64,000 nucleotides of DNA from an uncultured bacterium (lineage in GTDB: Bacteria > Acidobacteriota > Thermoanaerobaculia > Multivoradales > JAHZIX01), in assembly GCA_965368975.1 (NCBI GenBank), contig CBDUPA010000004.1, positions 1-64,000 of the forward strand. The letters are read 5' to 3'. How positions within the stretch are numbered: position 1 is the stretch's first letter; each line of letters opens with the position of its first letter. Position numbers and translations under genes: made by a program. Below are positions 1-9,346 of this stretch, piece after piece. Below the pieces are notes generated by a model. It worked only from the letters and a program-made list of their open reading frames with translations, did no database searches and was not told where the DNA came from.

Positions 1-2065
1 AGTTCTCGTACTTGAAATAGTCGCTGATCCGCCCCAACAGCGCCTCATCCATCTTCAGCTCCGGCTCCCCATCCGCCGTCGCCCAAGGATCCGCTGCCGC
101 CTCCGGCGTGAACACGACCTCGCGGGTCAGCCGGTTCAGGTCGGGGATCTCGTCGAGGAAGGGACTCAGCTGACTCAGCCGACCGCGGTTGCCGACTTGC
201 TCCGGCTGGAGTAGATACAGCTCGCGCTTGGCGCGCGTGACGGCGACGTAGAGCAGGCGCCGCTCTTCTTCCATCGCGTCCGGGTCTTGCAGGCTGTTGT
301 AGCTGGGGAACTGACCTTCGTTGAGGTGTAGCACGAAGACGGCGTGCCATTCGAGGCCTTTGGCGGAGTGCACGGTCGAGACGGTCAAGCATTCGTCGTC
401 CGGGTCTGGCTGGCCGGGGCGTTCGAGCTGCGGGGGGTCGATGGCGAGGTCGGCGAGGAAGTTCTCCAGGCTGGTGTAGCGGGCCGCCATGTGCTGCACG
501 GTTTCCAGGTCCCGAGCGCGCCGCGGGGCGTCGTCGTACTTGCTGGGCAGCAGCTGCTTGCAGTACTCGACCGCCGGGTCGACGCGCTGGGATACCTCCA
601 GGCCCTCCTCGGAGATCGCCTCCAGCAGCTCGGCCAGACGCCGGAAGTCGTCGGCATAGCGGCGGCGACGCCAGGCTTCGGAGGTCAGTTCTGAGATGTC
701 GCCCCCGGCTGCCGCGACGGCCGAGGCGACGTTCTGCGCGATCTGCGGACCAACGCCTTCGAACAGCTGCAGGATGCGGAACCAGGCGGCGGTGTCCTGC
801 GGGTTGGTGGCCAGCTTGAGCAGCGCGGTGACGTCTTTGACGTGTGCCGCCTCGACGAAGCGCTGGCCGCCGAATTTGCGGAACGGGATCTCGGCGTTGG
901 ACAGCTCCAGCTCTAGGGAGTTGCTGTGCCAGGCAGCGCGGCAGAGCACGGCGATCTCGCCGAGAGGTATGCCTTCTTCGCGCAGCTGCAAGACGCGCTG
1001 GCAGATGAAGCGCGCCTGCTCCACGTCGTCGGCGGCGCGCACGAAGGCCGGTAGCTCGCCGCCTTCGATGCGCGTGTAGAGTCGCTTGTCGAACTTCGCG
1101 CGCGCTCGCGATAGCAGCGCGTTGGCCAGGTCGAGCACCGCCTGGGTGCTGCGGTAGTTGCGCTCCAGCAGCACTTGACGCGCGTCTGGGAACAGCTTCG
1201 GGAAGTCCATGATGTTGCGGAAGTCGGCACCGCGGAAGCTGTAGATGCTCTGCGCGTCGTCGCCCACCACCATGAGGTTGCCATGGCCCGTCGCCAGCAG
1301 CGCCGCGATGTGCGCTTGCAGGCGGTTGGTGTCCTGGTACTCGTCGACCATCACGTAGCGGTATGCTGTCGCCAGCTGTCTCCGTACGGCTTCATGCTGC
1401 ACCAGCAGGTCGCGCAGGTTGACCAGCAGGTCGTCGTAGTCCATGACGTTCTGCTCGAGCTTGCGCTCACCGTAGACGCGCTCGACCGCACCGATCTCGT
1501 CGAGTAGGTGCAGAAAGTGCGGATAGTTCTCGACCAGCAGCTCCTCTAGCTTGCGACTGGTGTTGATGCGGCGCGAGAACAGGTCGAGCAGCGTTTCCTT
1601 GCGCGGGAAGCGCTTGCCGCTGCGATGGTGGCCCAGCTCGGTGCGCACCACGCCCACCAGGTCGGCGGCGTCGGAGCGGTCGAGGATGGTGAACGACGGT
1701 CCGTAGCCGAGTAGCTGGCCGTGACGCCGTAGCACCTGGTTGGCGAAAGAATGAAAAGTACCGCCGGCCACCCGGCCGCAGCGATCGTCGAGCAGAGATG
1801 TGGCACGCCGCAGCATCTCCTGTGCTGCTCGCCGGGTGAAGGTGAGCAGCAGGATCGATTCCGGTGCCACTCCGCGCTGCACCAGGTAGGCGACCCGGAA
1901 GATCAGCGTCCGGGTCTTGCCACTGCCGGGGCCAGCGATCACCAGCTGTGCTCCGTCGGTGCTCTGCACAACTTCCTGCTGTGCCTCGTTGATCTGCGCC
2001 AGGAGCTCGCTCGCTGCCTGGTCAGAGGAAGTTGCCGGGTCAGAGGATGTCGCGTCGTCGGTCAT
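1..2065 (-). CDS. ATP-dependent DNA helicase, UvrD/PcrA/Rep family (3' end at or beyond window edge)
   Basis: Manual translation from ATG at 2065: ...QLVIAGPGSGKTRTL (Walker A), ...VDEYQDTN, GDDAQSIYSFRGA, LERNYRS, TVHSAKGLEW, EERRLLYVAVTRA. Frame stays open to position 1, so it is absent from the ORF track. Confidence 0.93.
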   Translation of the reverse strand, partial: MTDDATSSDPATSSDQAASELLAQINEAQQEVVQSTDGAQLVIAGPGSGKTRTLIFRVAYLVQRGVAPESILLLTFTRRAAQEMLRRATSLLDDRCGRVAGGTFHSFANQVLRRHGQLLGYGPSFTILDRSDAADLVGVVRTELGHHRSGKRFPRKETLLDLFSRRINTSRKLEELLVENYPHFLHLLDEIGAVERVYGERKLEQNVMDYDDLLVNLRDLLVQHEAVRRQLATAYRYVMVDEYQDTNRLQAHIAALLATGHGNLMVVGDDAQSIYSFRGADFRNIMDFPKLFPDARQVLLERNYRSTQAVLDLANALLSRARAKFDKRLYTRIEGGELPAFVRAADDVEQARFICQRVLQLREEGIPLGEIAVLCRAAWHSNSLELELSNAEIPFRKFGGQRFVEAAHVKDVTALLKLATNPQDTAAWFRILQLFEGVGPQIAQNVASAVAAAGGDISELTSEAWRRRRYADDFRRLAELLEAISEEGLEVSQRVDPAVEYCKQLLPSKYDDAPRRARDLETVQHMAARYTSLENFLADLAIDPPQLERPGQPDPDDECLTVSTVHSAKGLEWHAVFVLHLNEGQFPSYNSLQDPDAMEEERRLLYVAVTRAKRELYLLQPEQVGNRGRLSQLSPFLDEIPDLNRLTREVVFTPEAAADPWATADGEPELKMDEALLGRISDYFKYEN

Positions 2066-2133
2066 GCAGAGCATTATCCCCGATCCGACCCTTTCGACGC
2101 TCGGTACGGGAGCCTGCGTTAGACTGGCCAGCA

Positions 2134-3666
2134 ATGTCCACGCGAGCTGCACGGTTCTCCAACCACCAGACATGGACGCGGTACGCGCTGTTGCACGCGC
2201 CGTGGATTGGGGCACTACTGCTGGCGCTCCTACAGATCGTCCTCTTTCACGACCTGCGGCACGACGACGCCTACATCACCTACCGCTACGGCCAGAACCT
2301 GGCGCGTGGCGAGGGCTTGGTGTTCAATCCTGGCGAGCCGCACCTGGCGACGACCTCACCCGGGCAGGCGCTGATCTCAGCTGCCGTCTACCGCGTCGCT
2401 GGCCAGCAAGCGACCCCTTCCGTCATGGCCGCGCTCGGCTGCCTGGGCTGGAGTGCCCAGGCGCTGGCGATCTACACCCTGCTGCTGCCGGTGCTGGGGC
2501 GTCTCAGAGCGACCGGCGTCGCGCTCGCCTTCGGCCTCGGCGCGGCGGGCTCGTACCACTGGGTGGCACTCGAGACCCACCTCGCCGTCGCCTGCACCTT
2601 GTGGGCCCTGGCGCTCGCGCTACGAGACCAGCCAACCCGAGAACTCGCAGAACGCCAACCCTGGGCCGCCATCGCCGCTCTATGCGCTCTCGCTGGTCTG
2701 CTGCGCCCCGATGCCTACCTGGTGTCGGTGATCCTCGGCGGCGTGTGTATCTGGTCCCTGCGTCGTCGCCTCGCCGCCCTGTGGCGTCCCGCCGCCGTCT
2801 TCGCGGCCCTCTCCGCGCCCTGGTACCTCTTCGCCACCTGGACCTACGGCAGCCCGCTGCCGCAGAGCGCGGTCACCAAGTTCCAGCGTGTCGGCCTGGG
2901 CGAGTACGCCGCCCACATCGCCGAGCACGCGGCCGGCACCTTGTTCCTGCAGCCGAGCCTCGGTGTTACGCTCGTTGGCTGGACGCTGGTCGCCGCTGGC
3001 ACCATCTGGCTGCTGTGGACGTACCGCCATCGCTCCCCGCTGCTGTGGACCCTACCCGCCTACGGCGCCGCCCACTTTGTCGCCTACCTCGTCCTGCGTC
3101 CCTATGCCGACCACACCTGGCATCTCTATCCAGGTGTCACCGTCTTCGTTGTCCTGGCCCTCGCCTCCGTTGCTGCTGCCGCCCGGGACCCGGGGGCGGT
3201 CGCTACAGGCACCTCCAGAGCCGGGCTGCGCCACCTGGTTACCCTGGTGCTCGTTCTGCTGCTCGCCAGTTACGGCGCCCGTTTCGTCGCGGAAGCTCGC
3301 GGTCATGCCAGCGCCTACTGGTCCGGCGCCCGGGACCAGGTCTACCGGCAAATGGCTGATCGCCTGCGCGCGCACACCGCGCCCGACGACCTGATTCTGA
3401 GCGTCGAGGTCGGCACCCTGGCCTATTGGAGCGACCGTCCCATGGCCGATCTGGGCGGTCTCGTCACGCCGCCGGACCAACTCGCGGCCAAGCTCGAAGG
3501 GTCTGCGGATGGGCCTCATCGCTGGATGGTGCTCGACAAGCTCTATCTGCACCTCGCCGGTGGCCGCCGTCCGATCGCGGGTTTCCGTGCTGGTGATTCC
3601 GGGAGTGGTGAGTTCCAAGCCTACCTCTTCGACCTAGAACCCACTCCGACACCGGGAACCGACTGA
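2134..3666 (+). CDS. Multi-pass membrane protein, GT-C (lipid-linked sugar) glycosyltransferase-like
   Basis: DDAYITYRYGQNLARGEGLVFNPGE after the first TM helix, LRPD motif, about 11 hydrophobic segments. ATG 2134 chosen over 2032, which overlaps the helicase. Confidence 0.65.
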   Translation: MSTRAARFSNHQTWTRYALLHAPWIGALLLALLQIVLFHDLRHDDAYITYRYGQNLARGEGLVFNPGEPHLATTSPGQALISAAVYRVAGQQATPSVMAALGCLGWSAQALAIYTLLLPVLGRLRATGVALAFGLGAAGSYHWVALETHLAVACTLWALALALRDQPTRELAERQPWAAIAALCALAGLLRPDAYLVSVILGGVCIWSLRRRLAALWRPAAVFAALSAPWYLFATWTYGSPLPQSAVTKFQRVGLGEYAAHIAEHAAGTLFLQPSLGVTLVGWTLVAAGTIWLLWTYRHRSPLLWTLPAYGAAHFVAYLVLRPYADHTWHLYPGVTVFVVLALASVAAAARDPGAVATGTSRAGLRHLVTLVLVLLLASYGARFVAEARGHASAYWSGARDQVYRQMADRLRAHTAPDDLILSVEVGTLAYWSDRPMADLGGLVTPPDQLAAKLEGSADGPHRWMVLDKLYLHLAGGRRPIAGFRAGDSGSGEFQAYLFDLEPTPTPGTD

Positions 3667-4817
3667 TGCTAAACCGATTCCGCCCGCCCTCGATCCGCCG
3701 CCGCCGTCCCCGTCCCGACGAGTTGCTCGAACGTCGTACCCTTCCGGGCGCCGCTCCCGGCACTCTCATGGTCGACCCGGAGGCACCGCCATCCAAGCTC
3801 TCCGCCTTTGTCTACGACCCGCAGGCGCTGCAGGAGTTCGAAGAAGCCAGCCTCGACGACTTCGCCGACCTGCGCGACCGCGCCGGTGTCACCTGGATCG
3901 ACGTCAAGGGGTTGGGTGACGAGCCCCTGCTGACCCGCGTCGGTGAGCTGGTCGGCTTGCACTCCCTGGAACTCGAAGATGTTGTCAACGTGCACCAGCG
4001 GCCGAAGCTCGAGCGCTATAGCGAGCACGTCTTTGTCGTTACCCGTATCGTCAACGGCCTGAGTCCCGTCGAGACCGACCAGATCAGTCTCATCTTCCGC
4101 CCTGGCCTCGTCGTGACCTTCCAGGAAAAGCACTCCGGCATTCTCACGCCCGTCCGTGTACGCCTGCGCGAAGGCCGCCGCCGGCTGCGCGACGGGGGCG
4201 CCGACTATCTCGCGTACGCCCTGCTCGACGCCATCGTCGACAGTTTCTTCCCGCGTCTCGACACTCTCGGCGCCGAGTTGGAGCAACTGGAAGACCTGCT
4301 CCTCCAACGCCATCATCACCACGGTCTCGCCGTCCGTATCCAAGGCATCCGCCGCGATCTCCTGTCCCTGCAGCGCGTCATCGGCCCCCTCGGCGAAGTC
4401 CTCGGCGCGCTGCGTCGAGAAGATGGCAACGTTCCCATCGCCGAGAACACGAGGTTGTACGTGCGTGACACGCAAGACCACATCCTGCAACTCCTCGACA
4501 TGGTCGCCGCCTACCGTGACAACGCGTCGAGCTTGATGGAGTTGCACCTGGCGAACGTCAACAACCGGCTCAACGAGGTGATGAAGACGCTGACGCTGAT
4601 TTCCGCCTTCTTCATCCCCATCAGCTTCATCGCCGGCTTCTACGGCATGAACTTCGATCCGGGCGCGTCACCGCTGAACATGCCGGAGCTGAAGTGGTAC
4701 TTCGGCTATCCGTTCGCGCTGGTGTTGATGGGGGGGACGTCGCTGGCGTTGTGGTGGTACTTCCGGCACAAGGGGTGGATCGGGGAGCGGGATGAGGAGG
4801 CTACGGAGCGTGAGTGA
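3666..4817 (+). CDS. corA: Magnesium/cobalt transporter CorA
   Basis: GADYLAYALLDAIVD, YGMNF signature, MPELKW loop, two C-terminal TM helices. Confidence 0.95.
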   Translation: MLNRFRPPSIRRRRPRPDELLERRTLPGAAPGTLMVDPEAPPSKLSAFVYDPQALQEFEEASLDDFADLRDRAGVTWIDVKGLGDEPLLTRVGELVGLHSLELEDVVNVHQRPKLERYSEHVFVVTRIVNGLSPVETDQISLIFRPGLVVTFQEKHSGILTPVRVRLREGRRRLRDGGADYLAYALLDAIVDSFFPRLDTLGAELEQLEDLLLQRHHHHGLAVRIQGIRRDLLSLQRVIGPLGEVLGALRREDGNVPIAENTRLYVRDTQDHILQLLDMVAAYRDNASSLMELHLANVNNRLNEVMKTLTLISAFFIPISFIAGFYGMNFDPGASPLNMPELKWYFGYPFALVLMGGTSLALWWYFRHKGWIGERDEEATERE

Positions 4818-4845
4818 GTTGCTGCTGATGGGATGATCTATTGAG

Positions 4846-6831
4846 TTATCGCAGTTTTCCTCCCAGCCGCTCCAGCCGTCCCACCGACGCTCCCCGTCCC
4901 CCCGGACGATTGCGCGCCTCCCAGATCCTCCGGTGCCCCTCGACGATTCCGGCCATCCGCTCCGCCAGCCACGCGCGCACCAGTCGCGGTAACTCTCCCA
5001 ACCCGCTCCCCACCCCTACGTCGAAGCGCGATCGTCCCAGGTCGCAAGCCCAGACCATCAAGTCCGCGACCCATTTCCACTCTTCGACCACCAGCGCCGC
5101 ATCTGGACGCTGCATCCGTGCGTCGTCCAGCTGTTCGACCGCGCGCAGAATCAGTTCCTTGGAGCGGTCCAGTCCTTCGGGCCGTAGGCCCGCGACGCGC
5201 GCGTGTTCCAGGGTAGCGCCGGCGAATTTCAAGAGAAAGAACAGCGCCGAGCCGTTGACGCTCTTGGCACCGGTATGACGATACGCATTGCCGAGTTCCA
5301 CCGCGACCTTGCCGACGACGCCGGCGGCATCCAGGTAGACGTGACGGTCGAGCATCTCGGCGAAGCTCTCCTCGAGCCTTCCGCCCCCAGAGGCTGAGAG
5401 TGCGTCCGCGTTCCAGGCGGCACCGGCGCCGGCGAAGAGGCCGGGTTCGCTGACCGGTAGGGGCTGCAGGTGGCCCCAGTCGCCCCAATCGCACACCAAC
5501 AGGCCGGAGGCTCCACCGTCTCGACCTGCTCGCGCCGCGGAATCCAAGTTGTGCAGCATATTGCGCACGCGACCGCCGAAGCTGTTCCAGCTGCTGGTGC
5601 CGGGGCAGAGGTAGAACTCGAGGCCGGCGGTGGCGAGCTGCTGGGCTTGCGCGGCGAAGGGGTGGTCGGCTTCGTAGCCCCAGGCGAGGGCGATCGCGTC
5701 TTGGGGGATGTCGCGGATGGGGTCAGGTCCGGCTGCGGAAGAAGCTTCTAGCAAGATGTCGCCCCAGAACTGCATGCGGTGGTCGCGCTCGGCGAGCAGA
5801 CCGTGGACGCGGTGTAGGAACTCCAGGTAAACGGTGTCGCGGCCGCGTTCGTCGCAGGCGGTCTTGGAACGTCCCTGGCCGAGCTCGAAGGTCTCGTCGC
5901 AGCCGACGTTGGCCATCTTGCTGGTGAAGCAGGGGAGAAGCTGGTCGTAGAGGTCGGCCAGGAGCTCGGGCACGCGCTCGTCGACGGGGCACAGGCTGAA
6001 GGGCTCGGGGACGTCGCTGAAGGGGTGTTCGATGCCGTCGGGGCACTCGGCGAGATCGCGGTACGTGTCGTGGATCAGCCAGCGGTGGAAGTGGCCGAAG
6101 CTGTTCTGGTTGGGCACCAGTTCGATGCCGCGCTCGCGGCAGTAGGCGTCGAGGTGACGGATGTCGTCGGGGGTGAAGGGGCTGGCGTCTCGCCACACGT
6201 CCTCGTGCCCTTGGTAGGCGAAGGTGTGTTCCATGTAGAGCTGCAGCTGGTTGATCTTCCAGCTGGCGAGCTGGTCGATCTGCTGCTCCAGGGTGGCCAG
6301 CGTCGGGACCCTGTCGCGGCTGACGTCGAGCTGGACGCCGCGGTGACGGAAGGTCGGGGCGTCTTCGACTTCCAGGGCGGGAATGCGAGGGGTGCCGTTG
6401 GGGTCGTGGTGCAGGGCGAGCCACTGTAGCCAAGTATGAGCGCCGTGACGCAGGCCGGCGGCGTCGGCAGCGAAGATCTCGGTAATGGCGCCGCTGGCGC
6501 TCAGGCGGTAGCCCTCGGGCGGCAGATCTGGGCTGTCAAGCAGGGGGCGCAGACGAACGATGCCGCCGATGCCGAGCTGTGCCAGCCCTTGTTGCAGCAG
6601 TGCGCGTGCCGGAGCGGTTACGTCGGCGGGACCGATACTCTGGATGCTGGCCGCCTGACTGGTCGTCTGACTGGTCGTCTGACTGGTCGTGCTGGTGTTC
6701 AGGTACACCTGGGCATCCGAGGTGCGAGCCTCGAGAGGTGGTGGCCAGAGGAGTTGGGTGGCGGGTAGGGAGTTATCGCGTGCGGCGAGGGGCAGCGGCA
6801 GGGGGAGGTCTCGGGGTGGTGGAGCACTCAT
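4846..6831 (-). CDS. Glycoside hydrolase family 20 (beta-N-acetylhexosaminidase-like)
   Basis: EGYRL, RGVQLDVSR, ELVPNQNSFGH, catalytic GCDETFELG, MQFWGD. Confidence 0.88.
   Translation of the reverse strand: MSAPPPRDLPLPLPLAARDNSLPATQLLWPPPLEARTSDAQVYLNTSTTSQTTSQTTSQAASIQSIGPADVTAPARALLQQGLAQLGIGGIVRLRPLLDSPDLPPEGYRLSASGAITEIFAADAAGLRHGAHTWLQWLALHHDPNGTPRIPALEVEDAPTFRHRGVQLDVSRDRVPTLATLEQQIDQLASWKINQLQLYMEHTFAYQGHEDVWRDASPFTPDDIRHLDAYCRERGIELVPNQNSFGHFHRWLIHDTYRDLAECPDGIEHPFSDVPEPFSLCPVDERVPELLADLYDQLLPCFTSKMANVGCDETFELGQGRSKTACDERGRDTVYLEFLHRVHGLLAERDHRMQFWGDILLEASSAAGPDPIRDIPQDAIALAWGYEADHPFAAQAQQLATAGLEFYLCPGTSSWNSFGGRVRNMLHNLDSAARAGRDGGASGLLVCDWGDWGHLQPLPVSEPGLFAGAGAAWNADALSASGGGRLEESFAEMLDRHVYLDAAGVVGKVAVELGNAYRHTGAKSVNGSALFFLLKFAGATLEHARVAGLRPEGLDRSKELILRAVEQLDDARMQRPDAALVVEEWKWVADLMVWACDLGRSRFDVGVGSGLGELPRLVRAWLAERMAGIVEGHRRIWEARNRPGGRGASVGRLERLGGKLR
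6655..6690. repeat. Three perfect 12-bp tandem repeats (CTGACTGGTCGT), encoding TTSQ x3 in the GH20 N-terminus
   Basis: Read directly from the sequence. Confidence 0.9.
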
Positions 6832-6880
6832 GGAGGCATTGTAATGCCTTGTGCCTGCGTCCTCTCTGATGGACGGCTGT

Positions 6881-6896
6881 CGGCACAGGTCTTGCT
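6881..6896 (+). promoter_or_regulatory. Sigma54 (-24/-12) promoter upstream of the outer-membrane protein gene
   Basis: CGGCACAGGTCTTGCT matches YTGGCAC-N5-TTGCW with exact GG-N10-GC spacing, about 110 nt before ATG 7007. Confidence 0.7.
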
Positions 6897-7006
6897 ACTT
6901 CTTTCGTGGTGCGACGGGACGTGTGTCCTCGAGTTGCCGGTCGGTTTGACCGTGGAATTTCACCAGGCGTATACTGGTTACCTGCAACAACCAGAGAGAG
7001 CCCCCT

Positions 7007-9085
7007 ATGAGTACCCCAATCAGCTATCAGCGCCCGAGCTATCTGCGAATGACTTCGACTTCACGACATCCCAGCAGGATGGCCGCGGTGGTCTGCCTGC
7101 TGGCCACGGCCTCGCTGTTCGCCTGGCCGGCAGCCACGCCAGCGGCGGCGTCGACGGCGGTCGGAGTGGTCGCGGGACAGGTGTCGGGAGCCTCGTCGCC
7201 ACTCGACGCGGCCAAGGTCTATGCCTATCGGCTCACCGATTTGAGCCTGCGCAAGGTGGCGACGGACAACCAGGGGCGCTTCTTCTTCTCGGAACTGCCG
7301 GCGGGGCTGTACAAGGTGATTGCTCACAGCAAGGGCTTCGTGCCGTCGGTGGTGATGCTGGCCCGCTCGTCGGCGGGGACGGATCAGTTCCTCGACCTCG
7401 AACTCCTACGCCAGGGGCCGCAGCGCGACCGGGGCGCGGACTTCTGGGCGGTGCGGCGGCAGATTCCGAACGACGTGCTGCGCGACATGGGCCTGCCGAC
7501 GACCACGGCGGAGCCGCCCGTCGAGACACCGGAGGTGGTGGCAGAGCCTGCGCCTGCGCAGCCCTCCGTAGGTTCGCAGGGCCTGGATCCGCTGCAGGCG
7601 CGCGGCCAGGGCGAGCGGGCCTTGCGCTTGGCGGATCTGCCGGGTGGTCAGCTGCGGGCCAACCTGGAAGCGGTGACCGGCATGGACGAGACCGTCTCCG
7701 GCAACCAGTTGCAGATGACCGGGGGGCGGGCCGACATCGACGCCCGTCTGGGCACGACCGAATTGGGAATCCAGGCGTCGTTCTTGGAGCTGCAATCCTC
7801 GGATCTGGAACATGGGGCCGCGACGTTCGCGCGCAGCGGCGGCTCGGATCAAGCGTTCGCGCTGCAATTGCACGCGGGCGACGACCGCCTGAGCCTGCGC
7901 TCGCGCCAGAGTGACCTGCTCAGCGGTGTCTCCAGCGGGGCTCATGATGTCGAGCTGGAGCAGTACCAGCTCAGCTGGTCGCGGCCGGTGGGCGAGCGCG
8001 GCCGTTCCGAGTTGCGCGCGCAGTACACCGAGGAAAGCAACTTTTACCGCAACGGCTGGTTCACTTCGGGTGACGTGCCGTCGGGTTCGCGCACGCTGAG
8101 CGTCGAAGGCGCCTACAGCACCCAGGTTGGGGACGAGGGTCGTTTCGAGACCGAGCTGCGCTACCGCGAGCGACAGAATCTCTTCACGGATGATCTCTAC
8201 GGCAACGGCCTCGATCCGCTGCTGCCCGAGCAGTACGAGACTGTCGAGCTGCTGAGCCAGGGCGGCTGGCGCATGCGGCCTGCACTGGTGGTGGAGTACG
8301 GCATGTTCACCACCCTGCGCGATGGCAGCCTCTCGCTGACCCCGCGCGGCAGTGTGCTGTGGCAGGTCAACCCGGCTTGGGAGGCGTCGCTGAGTGTTAG
8401 CCACCGTCTGAATACCGGCGATCCACGCAGCTTCCGCGACTTCATGCCGGCGCTCTACCGCGAGACTTCGGGCTGCCAGCAGGGCGAGGAGTACTGCTAC
8501 CAGGTCAGCTTCGCGCACCGCCGCAACGACGACGAGCGCTTCACCATCAGCGCCCTGGATCGCGAATTCGGTGAGACGTTGCGCCTCTACTTCAGTGAAG
8601 ACTTCTTCCGCCAGCTGGAGAGCGTCTACCTGGTCGAAGGTGACCGCCTACCGGAGTTGCAGGTGGCGCTCAGCCGGCGCCTTTCGCCGCGCGTCGTGGC
8701 CACCGTCGAGTCGAACCTGGCGAGCGGTGGCGGCGGTCTGATCTACGCCCTGGGTGACGGCCCCTACGAGAATCAGGTGCGCTACCTGGTGACCTCGGTC
8801 GACACCCAGTTCCAGGCGACCTCGACCGGCGTCTTCGTGGCCTTCCACCAGCTGCAGCAGGAACTCGAGCCGACGCGCGACGACCAGTTCCGGGTACCGG
8901 ACATGGAGCAGGAGCGGTTGCAGCTGATGCTGACGCAGGATCTCAACTTCCTGCTCGATCTGGCCTCTACCTGGGCCGTCAAGCTGAACATGGAGATCAG
9001 TCGTGGCCACGGGCTGTTCACCGCCGATCAGCACTCCGACGAGCTGCGCAAGCGCTTCCTGGGCGGCTTGGCCGTCCGCTTCTGA
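7007..9085 (+). CDS. Secreted/outer-membrane protein: carboxypeptidase-regulatory-like N-domain plus probable beta-barrel
   Basis: Signal peptide, TDNQGRFFFSELPAGLYKVIAHSKGF (Cna-B/CarboxypepD_reg-like), alternating beta-strand pattern, C-terminal ...GGLAVRF beta-signal. Confidence 0.65.
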   Translation: MSTPISYQRPSYLRMTSTSRHPSRMAAVVCLLATASLFAWPAATPAAASTAVGVVAGQVSGASSPLDAAKVYAYRLTDLSLRKVATDNQGRFFFSELPAGLYKVIAHSKGFVPSVVMLARSSAGTDQFLDLELLRQGPQRDRGADFWAVRRQIPNDVLRDMGLPTTTAEPPVETPEVVAEPAPAQPSVGSQGLDPLQARGQGERALRLADLPGGQLRANLEAVTGMDETVSGNQLQMTGGRADIDARLGTTELGIQASFLELQSSDLEHGAATFARSGGSDQAFALQLHAGDDRLSLRSRQSDLLSGVSSGAHDVELEQYQLSWSRPVGERGRSELRAQYTEESNFYRNGWFTSGDVPSGSRTLSVEGAYSTQVGDEGRFETELRYRERQNLFTDDLYGNGLDPLLPEQYETVELLSQGGWRMRPALVVEYGMFTTLRDGSLSLTPRGSVLWQVNPAWEASLSVSHRLNTGDPRSFRDFMPALYRETSGCQQGEEYCYQVSFAHRRNDDERFTISALDREFGETLRLYFSEDFFRQLESVYLVEGDRLPELQVALSRRLSPRVVATVESNLASGGGGLIYALGDGPYENQVRYLVTSVDTQFQATSTGVFVAFHQLQQELEPTRDDQFRVPDMEQERLQLMLTQDLNFLLDLASTWAVKLNMEISRGHGLFTADQHSDELRKRFLGGLAVRF

Positions 9086-9224
9086 GCATCTTCAGATGCT
9101 ACACCTCCGGTCCCGCTGAATCCAATTCGTCGGATTTCTCCATTTTTTTGGATTGACTCCGGTGCGGCGCGGCCACGCCTTCGAGCGTTCCTGGCCTAGT
9201 GGCGACGCACGTGCAATGGTGCAC

Positions 9225-9240
9225 TGGCATGAATCCTGCT
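9225..9240 (+). promoter_or_regulatory. Sigma54 (-24/-12) promoter upstream of the kinase/NtrC operon
   Basis: TGGCATGAATCCTGCT with GG-N10-GC spacing, about 105 nt before GTG 9347. Confidence 0.55.
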
Positions 9241-9346
9241 TCGTTGAAGGATGGAAGTTTGCCCTGCGCCTCCGCGGCCATCGATACAGGCCGCCCCACT
9301 AGGTCGACCCGCAACCCGTCGAAGAAGCGAACCAGGTAGAGGGACC